A stretch of 62,698 nt of DNA, filler included, from Gonapodya sp. JEL0774 (Eukaryota): NCBI GenBank assembly GCA_027604505.1. It is 12 parts of 12 records of this genome, joined end to end, with 100 filler letters (N's around TTAATTAATTAA, not from the genome) between each part and the next. Parts side by side here need not be neighbours in the genome. Positions count along the whole stretch, not along the records: positions 1 to 5,157 come from JADIIX010000775.1; positions 5,258 to 10,408 come from JADIIX010000776.1; 10 more parts are not named here. One strand, given 5' to 3'. Position 1 is the stretch's first letter. The number at the start of each line of letters is the position of its first letter. A model generated the notes under the pieces. The model worked only from the letters and a program-made list of their open reading frames with translations. It made no database searches and had not been told where the DNA came from. This document shows positions 1-10,508 of this stretch, piece after piece. A program made the position numbers and the translations under genes.

Positions 1-770
1 ATAAGGTCCTTGAAATTCAAATGTGCATATCTGACATGTGCCATTGCAAGATTTTGACTTGACTTCAGATCTGACTTGCTTTTGGTCTTCCACTTGGACT
101 CAGTTCTCTCTACTTCTGCCTTGCAAGTGGTTTCAAGTGGCTCTTCCAGCACCAACTTTGTACCCTTTGACTTTTCTTGCATTACAGGTTCAAGGTCCCC
201 TTCTCCTTCAACATCTGGCGCTTCTAGCACCAGAGTTGTGTGTTGACTTAATGCAGTTGTCTTTGAGACAATAGAAATAGGCATGTCATACAAATGTTGG
301 CCACAAGACATTCCCCTGCACAGTTCATGTCCATTGCTGTCAAAGAAAACACATTCATTTGTGGAACCAGGAACAGTTGCAGTTATGCCAAGTTTCTGCA
401 AAGACTTTGTAGACAGCAAAGTTGATCTAGCTTTAGGATCAAGAATAACACTGGGAATGTCCCAATCAGAATAAGAATCAGTGCTATGAAATCTCAATGT
501 TAAAGTTCCCCTCCCCAGTGCCTTTGAAGTCTGACCCTCTGCAGCCATCTTAATAGGAATGGGTTCTGAGATGAAATCCTTGAGAGCAGAATGCTCAGAG
601 GTAATTCAGTCAGTTGCACCAGAATCAACTAAAACTCTGCCATATCTGCTGGGTGTTGCAGGAAAAGCATGTGCATTCAGAGCCATTGGCTCACCATTTG
701 GATCAAGTGTAGAAACATAAGCAAGCTACCCAACTGGGTTCTTATCTGCATCAAATATCTGTAAAGTTTG
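1..770 (-). mobile_element. Decayed Ty1/Copia pol fragment (protease/beta-barrel domain and GAG-pre-integrase region)
   Basis: Minus-strand translation gives RVLVDSGATD*IT...PIPIKMAAEGQTSKALGRGTLTL...LLSTKSLQKLG (Copia protease-type DSGAT region) and AHVRYAHLNFKDL (like the WHxRLGHLN pre-integrase motif). It has an in-frame stop and almost no CpG. Confidence 0.8.
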
Positions 771-824
771 AGACCTAGATGATTGATTGTCCCCTCCCCG
801 ATGGACCCACGAGGAAAAGTCTGT

Positions 825-1114
825 TGTTAGAAGCCGCAGCGTGGTGCGACTGGAGCTTGGATTGTGCACCAGCACATTTGCCACAAACAAATAGTATTCG
901 GGCAAGTCCAAAACACCCGTGGACTTTAGGAGTTACGGGGAGTATTTTTCTCTGTACATACTTCAGGGACATTAGGAAATAGACCGAGGGTTAGACTATA
1001 TAAGCTCTGAGATACTAAGTGTATCAAGTGACTCTACAAGATAAGTACTACACTACGGGGGAACCTCTGCCCAACCGCGCCCAGACAAGCTGTCACAGCA
1101 GGAAACTGATAACA
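825..1114 (+). mobile_element. Putative LTR of a Copia-like element
   Basis: Bounded by TGTTA...TAACA, contains a TATA box (ctatataag near 997) and is followed by a gag-like ORF. Only one copy is in the window. Confidence 0.55.
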
Positions 1115-1154
1115 CATTTACAGTGCGAACTCTAGCACTCTAAACTCACCTACA

Positions 1155-1391
1155 ATGCTCGGCAGGAACCCCATCAAATTCGCCACCAACCAAGGGCTCA
1201 AGATCGGTGGAGGTCTTGACAGCTGGAAAACGGTTGTTAGCATCTTTGCACTGCAGCAAGGCGTACACGAGTACATTCAAGGGACAGTGTCTAAGCCCCC
1301 GGCAGCTGTTCCTGGGTCACTCACCAATGCACCTACTACCACCGCATCCCTCTCTGCAACTCCAGCAACCCTTGCAGCTCCTGTCCTTTGA
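1155..1391 (+). pseudogene. Truncated Copia-type gag N-terminus
   Basis: DSWKTVVSIFALQQGVHEYIQGTVSKP resembles the Copia gag N-terminal pattern WK..M...L....L..YI.GT...P. It starts at an ATG 40 nt after the putative LTR. Confidence 0.55.
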
Positions 1392-1549
1392 TTAGGACGA
1401 AGAGAAGGGGGTCATGTGAGCTGCTCAGCAAAGGTTGCTGGGCCCCACTCAGGTCAGGGAAAACTCACAAAGAGGGGTGAGTTGATGGTTTGTATTCTGC
1501 GACAGACACAGTGTGTGGCAAAATTGTGGTTGTGTGCACGGCTTGGTGC

Positions 1550-3600
1550 CGGCCAATTCCACTTTCTTGCCGACTACCTCTCGAGACACCCCGATCCCGA
1601 TGCAACACCTGATTCTGATTCCGACGCGCTTCCTACTGACGAATCTTTCCCATGGCACACTTGCTCTGAAAATGAAGCCATCACCTCTGCATTCATGGAA
1701 CAAAAACAGGAAAGCCCTCCTCTTGATGCTGGGAAGAACACTAAGTTTCCAATAAGCTCAATAACGAAAGCGGGTGAAACGCTCCCAAAGCCATGGACTA
1801 TCGCAAAAATTGTAGAGATTCAATGTACTGATCCGCTCACTGCATACATACGAGCCTTGGTTTCCTCTCCCCCACCTGAAACACCAATTCTCCCTCCACC
1901 TGAAGTACCCCCTCACATTGATAAGGCAATTTGCGGACAGCTCTCCTCTTTTGCAATTGACCCCACTACAAATTTGCTCGTTCATCATTGGCAACCTACT
2001 ACTCCTGGACACCGCCAAGAAATTGTTCGGCAAAAGGTAATCCCGAAGTCTTTCGCACCCAATGTCCTCAGAGCCTCGCACGACAACCTATTTGGAGGTG
2101 CCCAGCTTGGACAAAATCGAACCTTTGAAGCAGTACGCAGAAGATTTTGGTGGCTAGGCATGTCTACATTTGTACGGGAATATGTACGCAGTCGCCCTGT
2201 ATGCCAATCTAAGAAGAGCCCTCCACAAATCCAGCCAGGCCTTCTCCAACCAAAGGACATCCCATCACCTAACCATACTCTTGGAATCAACCTACTTGGA
2301 CCCTTCCGACGCTCCAGTAAACGAAACAAATGGATTGTAGTTGTAATGAATGATGGAGATAAATGGGCATGGACCGGTGCCTTACGTAACTCCAAGGCTT
2401 CCACAATTGTGAAATGGCTTCTTCGCCACGTGATTTTTCAATCGGGCGCTCCTCTTTGTCTTCTCAGTGATCAGGGTGCAAATCTCCTCCATCGACTGAT
2501 TCGGCAAATTTGCGAAGCCTTCAGCACCACACGGATCCGAACAACCGCTTACCATCCCCAAACCAATGGCCTCATGGAGCGATTGAACAAAACCCTCAGC
2601 ACTCTCATCGCATCTTACATCAAGGAAGACCAAAAGAACTGGGATCAACATCTGGATGCCCTCACTTTCGCTTAAAACACCTCCTTTCACCCAACCGTTC
2701 GGGAAACGCCCTTCTTTCTTTGCTATGGATGTGATGCTAGACTCCCTATTGAAGTACCGTTTGTAGATTTGAATACAAAGGAAAAATCTCCCCCAAATCC
2801 TTTGAAAGTGTTTGACGAATCCTACAACCTCTGCCGACACATTTTTACCACTCTGAACAAGGCATACATTCGAGTACGTAAAATGTAATCTGTCAGCAAT
2901 TGTATCAGAAAACGCGCTATGACCTTCAACATCGTGATGTTTTCTACGAGATTGGTCAACGAGTCCTCGTGTTCATCCCCCGCATTGAGCCCAAATCTGG
3001 TAAAGTTGTCGAACTGATGCAACCATGGCGTGGTCCATTTTGTATTGTACAGAAAATATCACCTGTAAACTACGCTATAATGATGCCTGTTCGCAGCCGT
3101 GAAAGGAAAGTTGTCACCCACGTCCAACGCCTCAAACCTTATTATCATATGGACGATTCTACTCTTGCCTCTCGGGATATTACTCTTCCAGTTCCTACAA
3201 TTGATTTGGATAAAGATGATCCGCCGCTGCCTGAGGGAGACGATCCTGAATACCTGCAAGACCCCGCACCAATCTCCATCCCGGATCCGGAAGATTCAAC
3301 CCCGATGGGGTTCTTCTCTCCAACGCACCAACACATCATTCTGGAGTCTCCCCGGATGGCGCTTTCTCTTCAGACAATGAAGGACTGACTCGAAAGAAAC
3401 GGAACTTGCGCCCAAAACCACCACCGCAACCTTTTCCCTTCTTTCTCCCACCACCGAATACCGACTGTACTCTTGAATCAATAGATGAGCGAAGATAGAA
3501 AAACAAGCGCTTTGAATATCTAATGAAACGGATGAATGCAAAACAAAAGACCTTGGAACCTGTGGACGAATCCTTCCTTGAATGTGGACATTTTTTACGC
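1550..3600 (+). mobile_element. Decayed Ty3/Gypsy (chromovirus) pol: RNase H end, integrase, GPF/SH3 module, degenerate chromodomain
   Basis: ADYLSRHP (RNase H end); degenerate HHCC zinc finger (HDNLFGGAQLG...RFWWLGM...VRSRPVCQ); core LLSDQG...TTAYHPQTNGLMERLNKTL; a premature TAA at 2673 inside FA*NTS; WRGPFCIV...VTHVQRLKPY; chromodomain-like ESIDERR*KNKRFEYLMKRMNAKQKTLEP near 3470-3570. Confidence 0.9.
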
Positions 3601-4756
3601 CTGCTGGGTGCATTTGAAAGTCATATAAACCCAAAGCCACGCCAAACGACGGATAAAACTACGAAGAACTAGCTCCACAAGGGAAAACTTGAAAGAAACA
3701 TAAGAAATACATGAGGAAACGCTGAAAACCAGGGAAAATCCGCCAAAAGACCCCACCATCACCAGGAGAACGTTTCTTCTCTCTTCTCCCTTATTCCAAC
3801 TGCGCCACAATTCTACAACATTCCGTGGGATGGCCACGTGGAATTCCAGTCATAAACCCCATCTTCTTGGATCGGTCTCTACACCCAAACACACTCCCAC
3901 TGACCCCAAAACCACCCATCAGAAGCTAAAAACCATCGCAATATGTAGGACTACATCTATTCTCTTTGCTCTTGTACAGTTTTTTGCCAGGTTGCCCCTG
4001 AGGTGTGTGCTAAAAAGTCGCTCAAACAAACACTACATGTTGTGATGAACGGGTCGTCTCCCACAGCCCTCAAGCCACACACTGCACCCCTGGATGCTGT
4101 CACAGACATCCCAGGCATTCCTTTTGGTGGTGCTCTCGACATCTTGTTCTCATCTTCTGTCTCGTTGGTTCATGATGGACCTGTCAACTCCGCCGACGAT
4201 CACATGGGAGTCGACCCTCCTGCGATCATGCCGCCTCCGATTGTCATCCATCCTGTGTCAGACGACAATTACAACGTCATTCCAGACAACGATGCTGTTT
4301 CGATTATCTCTAGAAGTTCCGACTCCAGTACTATCCATGGTGACTTCGAACTGCCACAGCCACCTCTTCCCCCTCCGGGTTACGCCTTCATCTGGACGCA
4401 GATGCCAGCGTGCATTTGGGTGCCCACTAACATTCCTGGTATCTTCAACCCTCACTACTTCACCTTCTGGGTCATGACCCTTCGCCCTGAAGTTCCCGTT
4501 CCCCCCGCCATGCACGGCTTCTAAGCCATTGATCCTCATCCCCAAGTACCCTACCAAGACCTAAGTGCAATTTTTTCGAATCGTTGATGTATTTTCTGGA
4601 GTGTATGTGAAGTTGTGTGTGTGCATGACGTTTGATTTCTTTCGGAATGCCTCCAAATGTCAGGGTCACTGACGTTTTCTGGATGAACTTTCTGTGTATT
4701 ATACGTACATTATGGACTTTATGTACTCTTTGTTTACATTGTATTTTGGGAGAATA

Positions 4757-5090
4757 TGTCAATAGTTATTTGTACAAATGTGAAGTTGAAATGCAAAGGT
4801 TCCATGGCGTTCCACTGTCTTCCTGCACCAAATGGAACATGAAGGAAACTTCTGGAACAGAGCGTTAGATCCACTTTTAGCCGTAGTTAGGTCTATATAA
4901 ACCGCGTGGTTTCCTGCTAGAGGACGGATCTGTATACGAATATACTGGCTTTCAACATATATTGTCCCGACCCTGTGCACTCCCCTTCCCCCTGGTTCAT
5001 CTGTGTATTTCGTATCTACTAACCCCCCCCTCCCCATAGGACTGTCCCCCTCCGCAGAGAGACTTTCTTCTCTTCTTTATTAGATGGACA
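4757..5090 (+). mobile_element. Putative Gypsy LTR
   Basis: Preceded by the purine tract GGGAGAATA, bounded by TGTC...GACA, with a TATA box (ctatataa near 4893). Its first ~90 nt recur at 45529-45620 on another contig. Confidence 0.6.
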
Positions 5091-5157
5091 GAATCTGGCA
5101 GTATGCCCAGGTTTTCCACATGAAAAATATGTGAGCACTTTCTTGCCACGTGCTGTA

Positions 5158-5257
5158 NNNNNNNNNNNNNNNNNNNNNNNNNNNNNNNNNNNNNNNNNNN
5201 NTTAATTAATTAANNNNNNNNNNNNNNNNNNNNNNNNNNNNNNNNNNNNNNNNNNNN
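5158..5257. other. Artificial contig linker (first of 11)
   Basis: 44 N + TTAATTAATTAA (stops in all six frames) + 44 N. It recurs identically at 10409, 15658, 20907, 26155, 31397, 36626, 41853, 47069, 52283 and 57491. Confidence 0.99.
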
Positions 5258-5708
5258 GGGCCAGCGCCATCATTAACGGGGAAGGAAACGAGCATGTGGC
5301 GGTCCACCGCTCCTCATCCCAGTTGTCTATGGTCCAAGGCGAGTTGTCATCCGCTCGCTTCCACTCGATCGCTTGATTTGGATCGGCACCCTCGTCCAGC
5401 AAAACCCGAACGAGCTCCTCGTTTCCGGCGATGATGGCTAGGCAAAGCGCTGATTCACAATCAGCCGTGTCTGTGAGCGTCTCATCCTGGCCAGGAATGT
5501 TGGTTTCGACGGTTACCGACAGGGTGACTAGCTTTCGTGCGTTCGGATTCGCTCCCCTCAAGAGAAGACTCTGGACGACCGGGATGTCCTGGGCTTCGAC
5601 TGCCTCGATGAGCTGAATGTCTTTTCCGCTCGCCATTGTGGATTGAACTCGTTGATCGCGGTGGCTGCTGTCGCGAAAAATTTGTGCCTCGGACTGTTCC
5701 GTTTCCAT
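5258..5708 (-). CDS. Ankyrin-repeat protein, N-terminal part (truncated by contig end)
   Basis: LIEAVEAQDIPVVQSLLLRGANPN and SALCLAIIAGNEELVRVLLDEGADPN are ankyrin-like repeats. Confidence 0.75.
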
Positions 5709-5928
5709 AATTACATATTACATACATCCCCGATTGTCCCCGATTGTACATCCGTTGGTGGTTGAAATAAAATATTCTGTGACGAAATGCGCACTGGAGA
5801 TCGAGAGCGTGATTGAAAGTGGTGTTGGGAAGCACAACGCACTGTGGTAAAGGTCCTCAGGTCGAGAGGTCATGCCACTTGCTGGACCATTCTTTCGGTG
5901 TAATATATGTGGCTATGAGTGCTCAATA

Positions 5929-7886
5929 TCATCTCAGAGAACAGTGGCGCCAATTGAATGGTCGCTCAAACTTCGAAGTCAAACCCTCGTTTGACGTTTC
6001 TGATTTGACATCTTCTTGCATCTGATCGTTTTCAATCACAATCCATGAGAATGTAGTACTAAAACTCCTCCTTGTACCAATCGTCGTACGGGTGATCCAC
6101 ACATTTCTTTCCACCGTTCTTACCCACGTGTGCGCAGTGAACTTCAGGCCGGAAAGCCTTAGGTGGGCGGCCACAACAGAAATCTAGGATGATCGGAATT
6201 TTTCAAGCTGCGAAAGATATACATACCGTGAGGGTAACGTGTAGCGTTCTGCATATGAGGCTGTTCTGATTTGCCCGATCGAATGATCCACGTGGTATGG
6301 ATGCCATAAATCTGATCACAGTACGGAAGCCGGCAAAAGTGATAAGAGGAAGTGAGTGACAAACAGTTGACCCTCCCACGCATCCTCGGAGGGAAAGTGC
6401 AATGGGCACCTGGCCATTGGTACTCACGTCATGCAATCGCTAAACTGCTCCTGAGGTGAGTTTCCAACAAACTCTGTAAGATTTTGGTATTTCTGGATGA
6501 CGAAATTGGGAGACGGCGAAGATGAAACTCTTCTGTTGGAACAGTTTGGGTTTCGGGGTACCTCTACGAGACTGATAACTCACGTTGCAGGTGCCACCTG
6601 GTGTGATGGTGCCATTCCCAGCGGTGCCAAGAGTAGCCATTGTGCACGTGTAAAGAAGGTAGCCTTGCCATCCAGCTGATGGATCAAGCGTAGGGATGAA
6701 CGGTGGTTGTTAGCACTGAACCACAACGTGGAACTTCCCCAGAACATTGATCGATAGATCTTACCTTCCGTTGCGGGATCATCCCGAAGACCAATAAAAA
6801 CAAAAGAAATATCTGCACAAAAAGCCAGTTGAATGAGATTGTGTTCTGATCAGAGGAGGTCCCACTTCACACGGACCATGCACCACATACCACAAAGCAC
6901 TCACCCATTGTTTGAATTGTCCCAGTTGTGTCATTGAACGTGAAATATCCAAATTGGGTGTAATTTTTTTTGTAGAAGTCGCTGTAGAGATCCTATGTGG
7001 TTCAATGACAAGTGGTGAGACTTTTGTGACCAGTGATCGTCTGGCAATCTCAGATCTGACTCACAACATGCGCGGAAATCAAACCGTTTGTTGGGTCACA
7101 GAGAACTTTGCGATACACGTTTGAGGTAATGTTGGCTTTGAGAGCCAGAGCGTAAAAATATTCAATGACTCCCGTCTGCATTGACCAGACCATATGACCT
7201 CAGCATTCACATATGATATAAAGACAACAGGCGCGATCGCGGAGCACATACAAAGTCATCAAAATCACCGACTGGATTGATTCGAGCCTTCGCAGTGGGA
7301 TGAAAGATATGGCTGACGTTGCGAGCACCCACGACCACGGAGAGCGGATCCTTCACAGTGGTCCGATTTGAATGCAAAACGGATAGTTTGTGAATGCGAT
7401 AATCCAGAAACAAACAACCGTTGAACTCACATTCTTCAGAAGGATCTGGGATGGCATTTGCCATTCAATCGTGCACCATCGTGCGGGATGGATGATTGGA
7501 TTGATCGGTTTGGCTGAACTCGGCCGACGGACCAACAGAAGAAGGGCTTCTCACCTGCTCATAGACTGCGCGCACGATGTCCTTCCGTCTAGAGCATTCA
7601 GTCAAGTTATCTGATGTAACCGTGAGGATCAGGGGTAGTAACGCGAGTGACGGCAGGAGCGGGTAACGGGAAGGGCGAGGGTTTGGAGAAGGTTTGGAGA
7701 GAGGGTACTGTTCAGGATCGCGGAACCATACTGAATGTCACCGAGAGATTCTATCAACTTACACTTCATAACGTTTGGCGTGGTGGTGCCACCGTTGTTG
7801 GCTTGAACGATCTGGTTCGCACAGACCAGAAATACTGCCAGTTGCAGTAGAACGACGGAGACCGAAGGAAGATGGAGGAGCCGCAT
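5929..7886 (-). CDS. Multi-exon putative secreted protein of unknown function (boundaries approximate)
   Basis: Signal-peptide-like start MRLLHLPSVSVVLLQLAVFLVCANQIVQA, followed by several short Cys-containing ORF pieces separated by gtgag/gtaag...ag intron-like segments. No family recognised. Confidence 0.4.
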
Positions 7887-8560
7887 TGGGTAAGAGCAGG
7901 ACAGTTCGACGATAGCGATGAGAGATGTCAACTGGACGTGCAGATCCAGAGATTGTGAAAGCGTGAGAGTTTATATATTGTGCGGCGCCACTTATAGCCG
8001 GAACTGATCTTGGATACACAGTGCATATATACACAATACGCCCAATCACAAGGTAGCTCTGTGAACCTCTTTTGACGTGTTTTGGGCATTTCGCTTGTTG
8101 TTGTGCCGACTTCCGCCTGACTCCCCCAGAGCTGCTCTTGTGTTATGTAATGTACTGCAAAACTACGCACACGATCGATGATGAAATATGCTAACTTGTA
8201 AATCTCCTGATCCATTCTCGGGAGCGACTCGACCTTCCATTTGCTCAGAGGTTTGCAACAGACAATGGCTGCATGGGAATGCCGGACCCCTGATATCGTT
8301 ACATTAGTTTCAGTACGGGTTGGTTACACGTCGATCGTCACTGCTTTTAGAGATCCAATTATACTTTCCCATTCATTGAGTCCGATTCTGATGGAAGCCT
8401 TGGCAAGGATTTTCGCACTTCGCCGATTCTCGTTCTGGTTCCGGCTCCTCTGTGCCGGCTGACACATGCACTGATAGTTGCCCGCCCCAGGTACGAAAAG
8501 CATCCGCATAAATCCCTTCGCTTTCAACACTGCTGACTTCATCAGAGTAAGCGACTGCGA

Positions 8561-10408
8561 ATGACTCCTTTGTACCTTGCCCTGCTAGCCGAGGACCCGG
8601 AGAAGTATGGCTTCACCCTGACTCAGCTCCGGGATTGGGCAAAAAATCTGTCTGTTTCCATTGCTGGGTACTTGAACACTCAGACAGCTTCCAATCAAGG
8701 AGCGCCGGAACATGCCGCGAAGAAGATCGGAGGGTCCAAAGACGAGTTGGACAGTGAGGGAGCAGCGGGGAGTGGTGCCGGTTCGTCCCTCGTCGCAGTT
8801 GGGAACGGGAGAGTACTCTCGACCGGTTCGCTCACATCAAATCACCAAGACGAGGATCACGATACTGATGGCTATCATCAAGCCGCTTCCGGCGGGCCCG
8901 ATGGCACTGCAGATGGTCCTGCCGGCCCCCGTGTCCCGGTGATATCTTCCCGATTCTCATCCACCCCCGCCGCTGCTGCCGCCGCTTCTCTCCGCGCGCT
9001 TTCACTGATCTCCGATATGGGTGACTTGAGCATGGCTGGTGGAGTTCCGACAGGAATCTTGACCCCGGCAAATCCAGCACTGCCACCGATGTCCGCACTT
9101 CCCTTCCACCTTCACCCTTCAGCACAATCTATTTCCCACATTCCGGTGCCTCCATATGACCCTGTGAAGCTGGTTACACCGTCTCCTCCTTCAGAACTTT
9201 ACATGGAATGTGCTATTCGGTGTCGAATCCCCACGGACGATAAAGGACAGTTTTGGGTGCATCTGTATGTCAACAACAGGGACCAGGAACATGTGAGTTT
9301 CCTGCGTCTTGGCGTGGCAATTACATGCAGTATGAGGATTTTCGACTATTATTGTCTGGTGTTCGAAATGGAGTTGCCCAAACCCTGCCTTTCGGGCATT
9401 CCACCTGAAGTGACAACACCTCTCACAATTTGCTCGCGTCTTTTAGCACCTTGCGCTCGTTTATGGCAATCTCCGCTCTCGAACTTTGGACCTCCCCCGT
9501 CTCGCCGAAACCGAATTCGATCGTATCTCCCGTGGAGCTTGCCCCATCGACCAATTCCCCGCCGTACAAGCCGCATGGGCTGCTTCAGATTCGAATAATA
9601 CCGCAAACTCCGAAACACAGGCTGACGACTCGAACGTGCCCCTCGCGAGAATCCACTCGGCGTGTTTTACCGGAGAAACCATCTGCTCGTCACGATGTGA
9701 TTGTGCCGAGCAACTCCACAGTTCGATGCAGGCTATGCGTGATGCCACAAGGGATCCCAACTCAGCTGCAGGAGTCATTTTGTACTTGAGACAAGAAGGT
9801 CGTGGTATCGGCTTACCCAACAAACTTCGCGCATACAACCTGCAAGATCTTGGACACGACACGGTAACGGCGAACTTGCTTTTGGATTTACCAGAAGACG
9901 GCCGGCGGTACGATCTGGCAGCGGCGATGTTGAAGGATTTGGGTGTGAAGAGTGTGAGGTTGATGACCAACAACCCGGCAAAGATCAAGGGTATCGAAGA
10001 AGGAGGCGTGAAAGTGGTGGAGAGGCAATCCATGGTACCCGAACGCTGGAAGCGGATGATGGGGCTCCTTTCTACATCGTCTTCCCCTGCCCCGGACACC
10101 TCAACCACGGTCGGATGCGGAGGGGAGCTTAAGGAAGTGTCCCCGCAAGTTGCCACGCCCAGCTCCAACCGCCGTCCCTCCCTCGTCAGCGCCGCACTTA
10201 TCGAATCCACCGCGGAGCAGTCCGAGTCACCCTTTGCGGGACGGGTTGCGGAGACATTGGACCGGGCAGGACACAGTGCGTCCCCCAGTGGAACTGGCAA
10301 CACGTTGAAGGAAAAACTGAACGATTTGGATCGTTATTTGATCACCAAGGTGGCGAGAATGGGACATGTAATCGAGGTGCCAAAGGGAATGGTGGAGCAG
10401 GCGGCATC
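8561..10408 (+). CDS. RIB1: GTP cyclohydrolase II (riboflavin biosynthesis), 3' truncated
   Basis: RCRIPT...HLYVNNRDQEH|HLALVYG (intron 9293-9446); RIHSACFTGETICSSRCDCAEQL; YLRQEGRGIGL..KLRAYNLQDLGHDTVTANL; LMTNNPAK; YLITKVARMGH. The 5' start is uncertain. Confidence 0.93.
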
Positions 10409-10508
10409 NNNNNNNNNNNNNNNNNNNNNNNNNNNNNNNNNNNNNNNNNNNNTTAATTAATTAANNNNNNNNNNNNNNNNNNNNNNNNNNNNNNNNNNNN
10501 NNNNNNNN

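Noticed and set aside
5202..5213. Recurrent TTAATTAATTAA palindrome spaced about 5.2 kb apart
   Set aside because: It is a synthetic linker flanked by fixed N runs. It is not a biological repeat, and ORFs ending in XXXLIN are artefacts.
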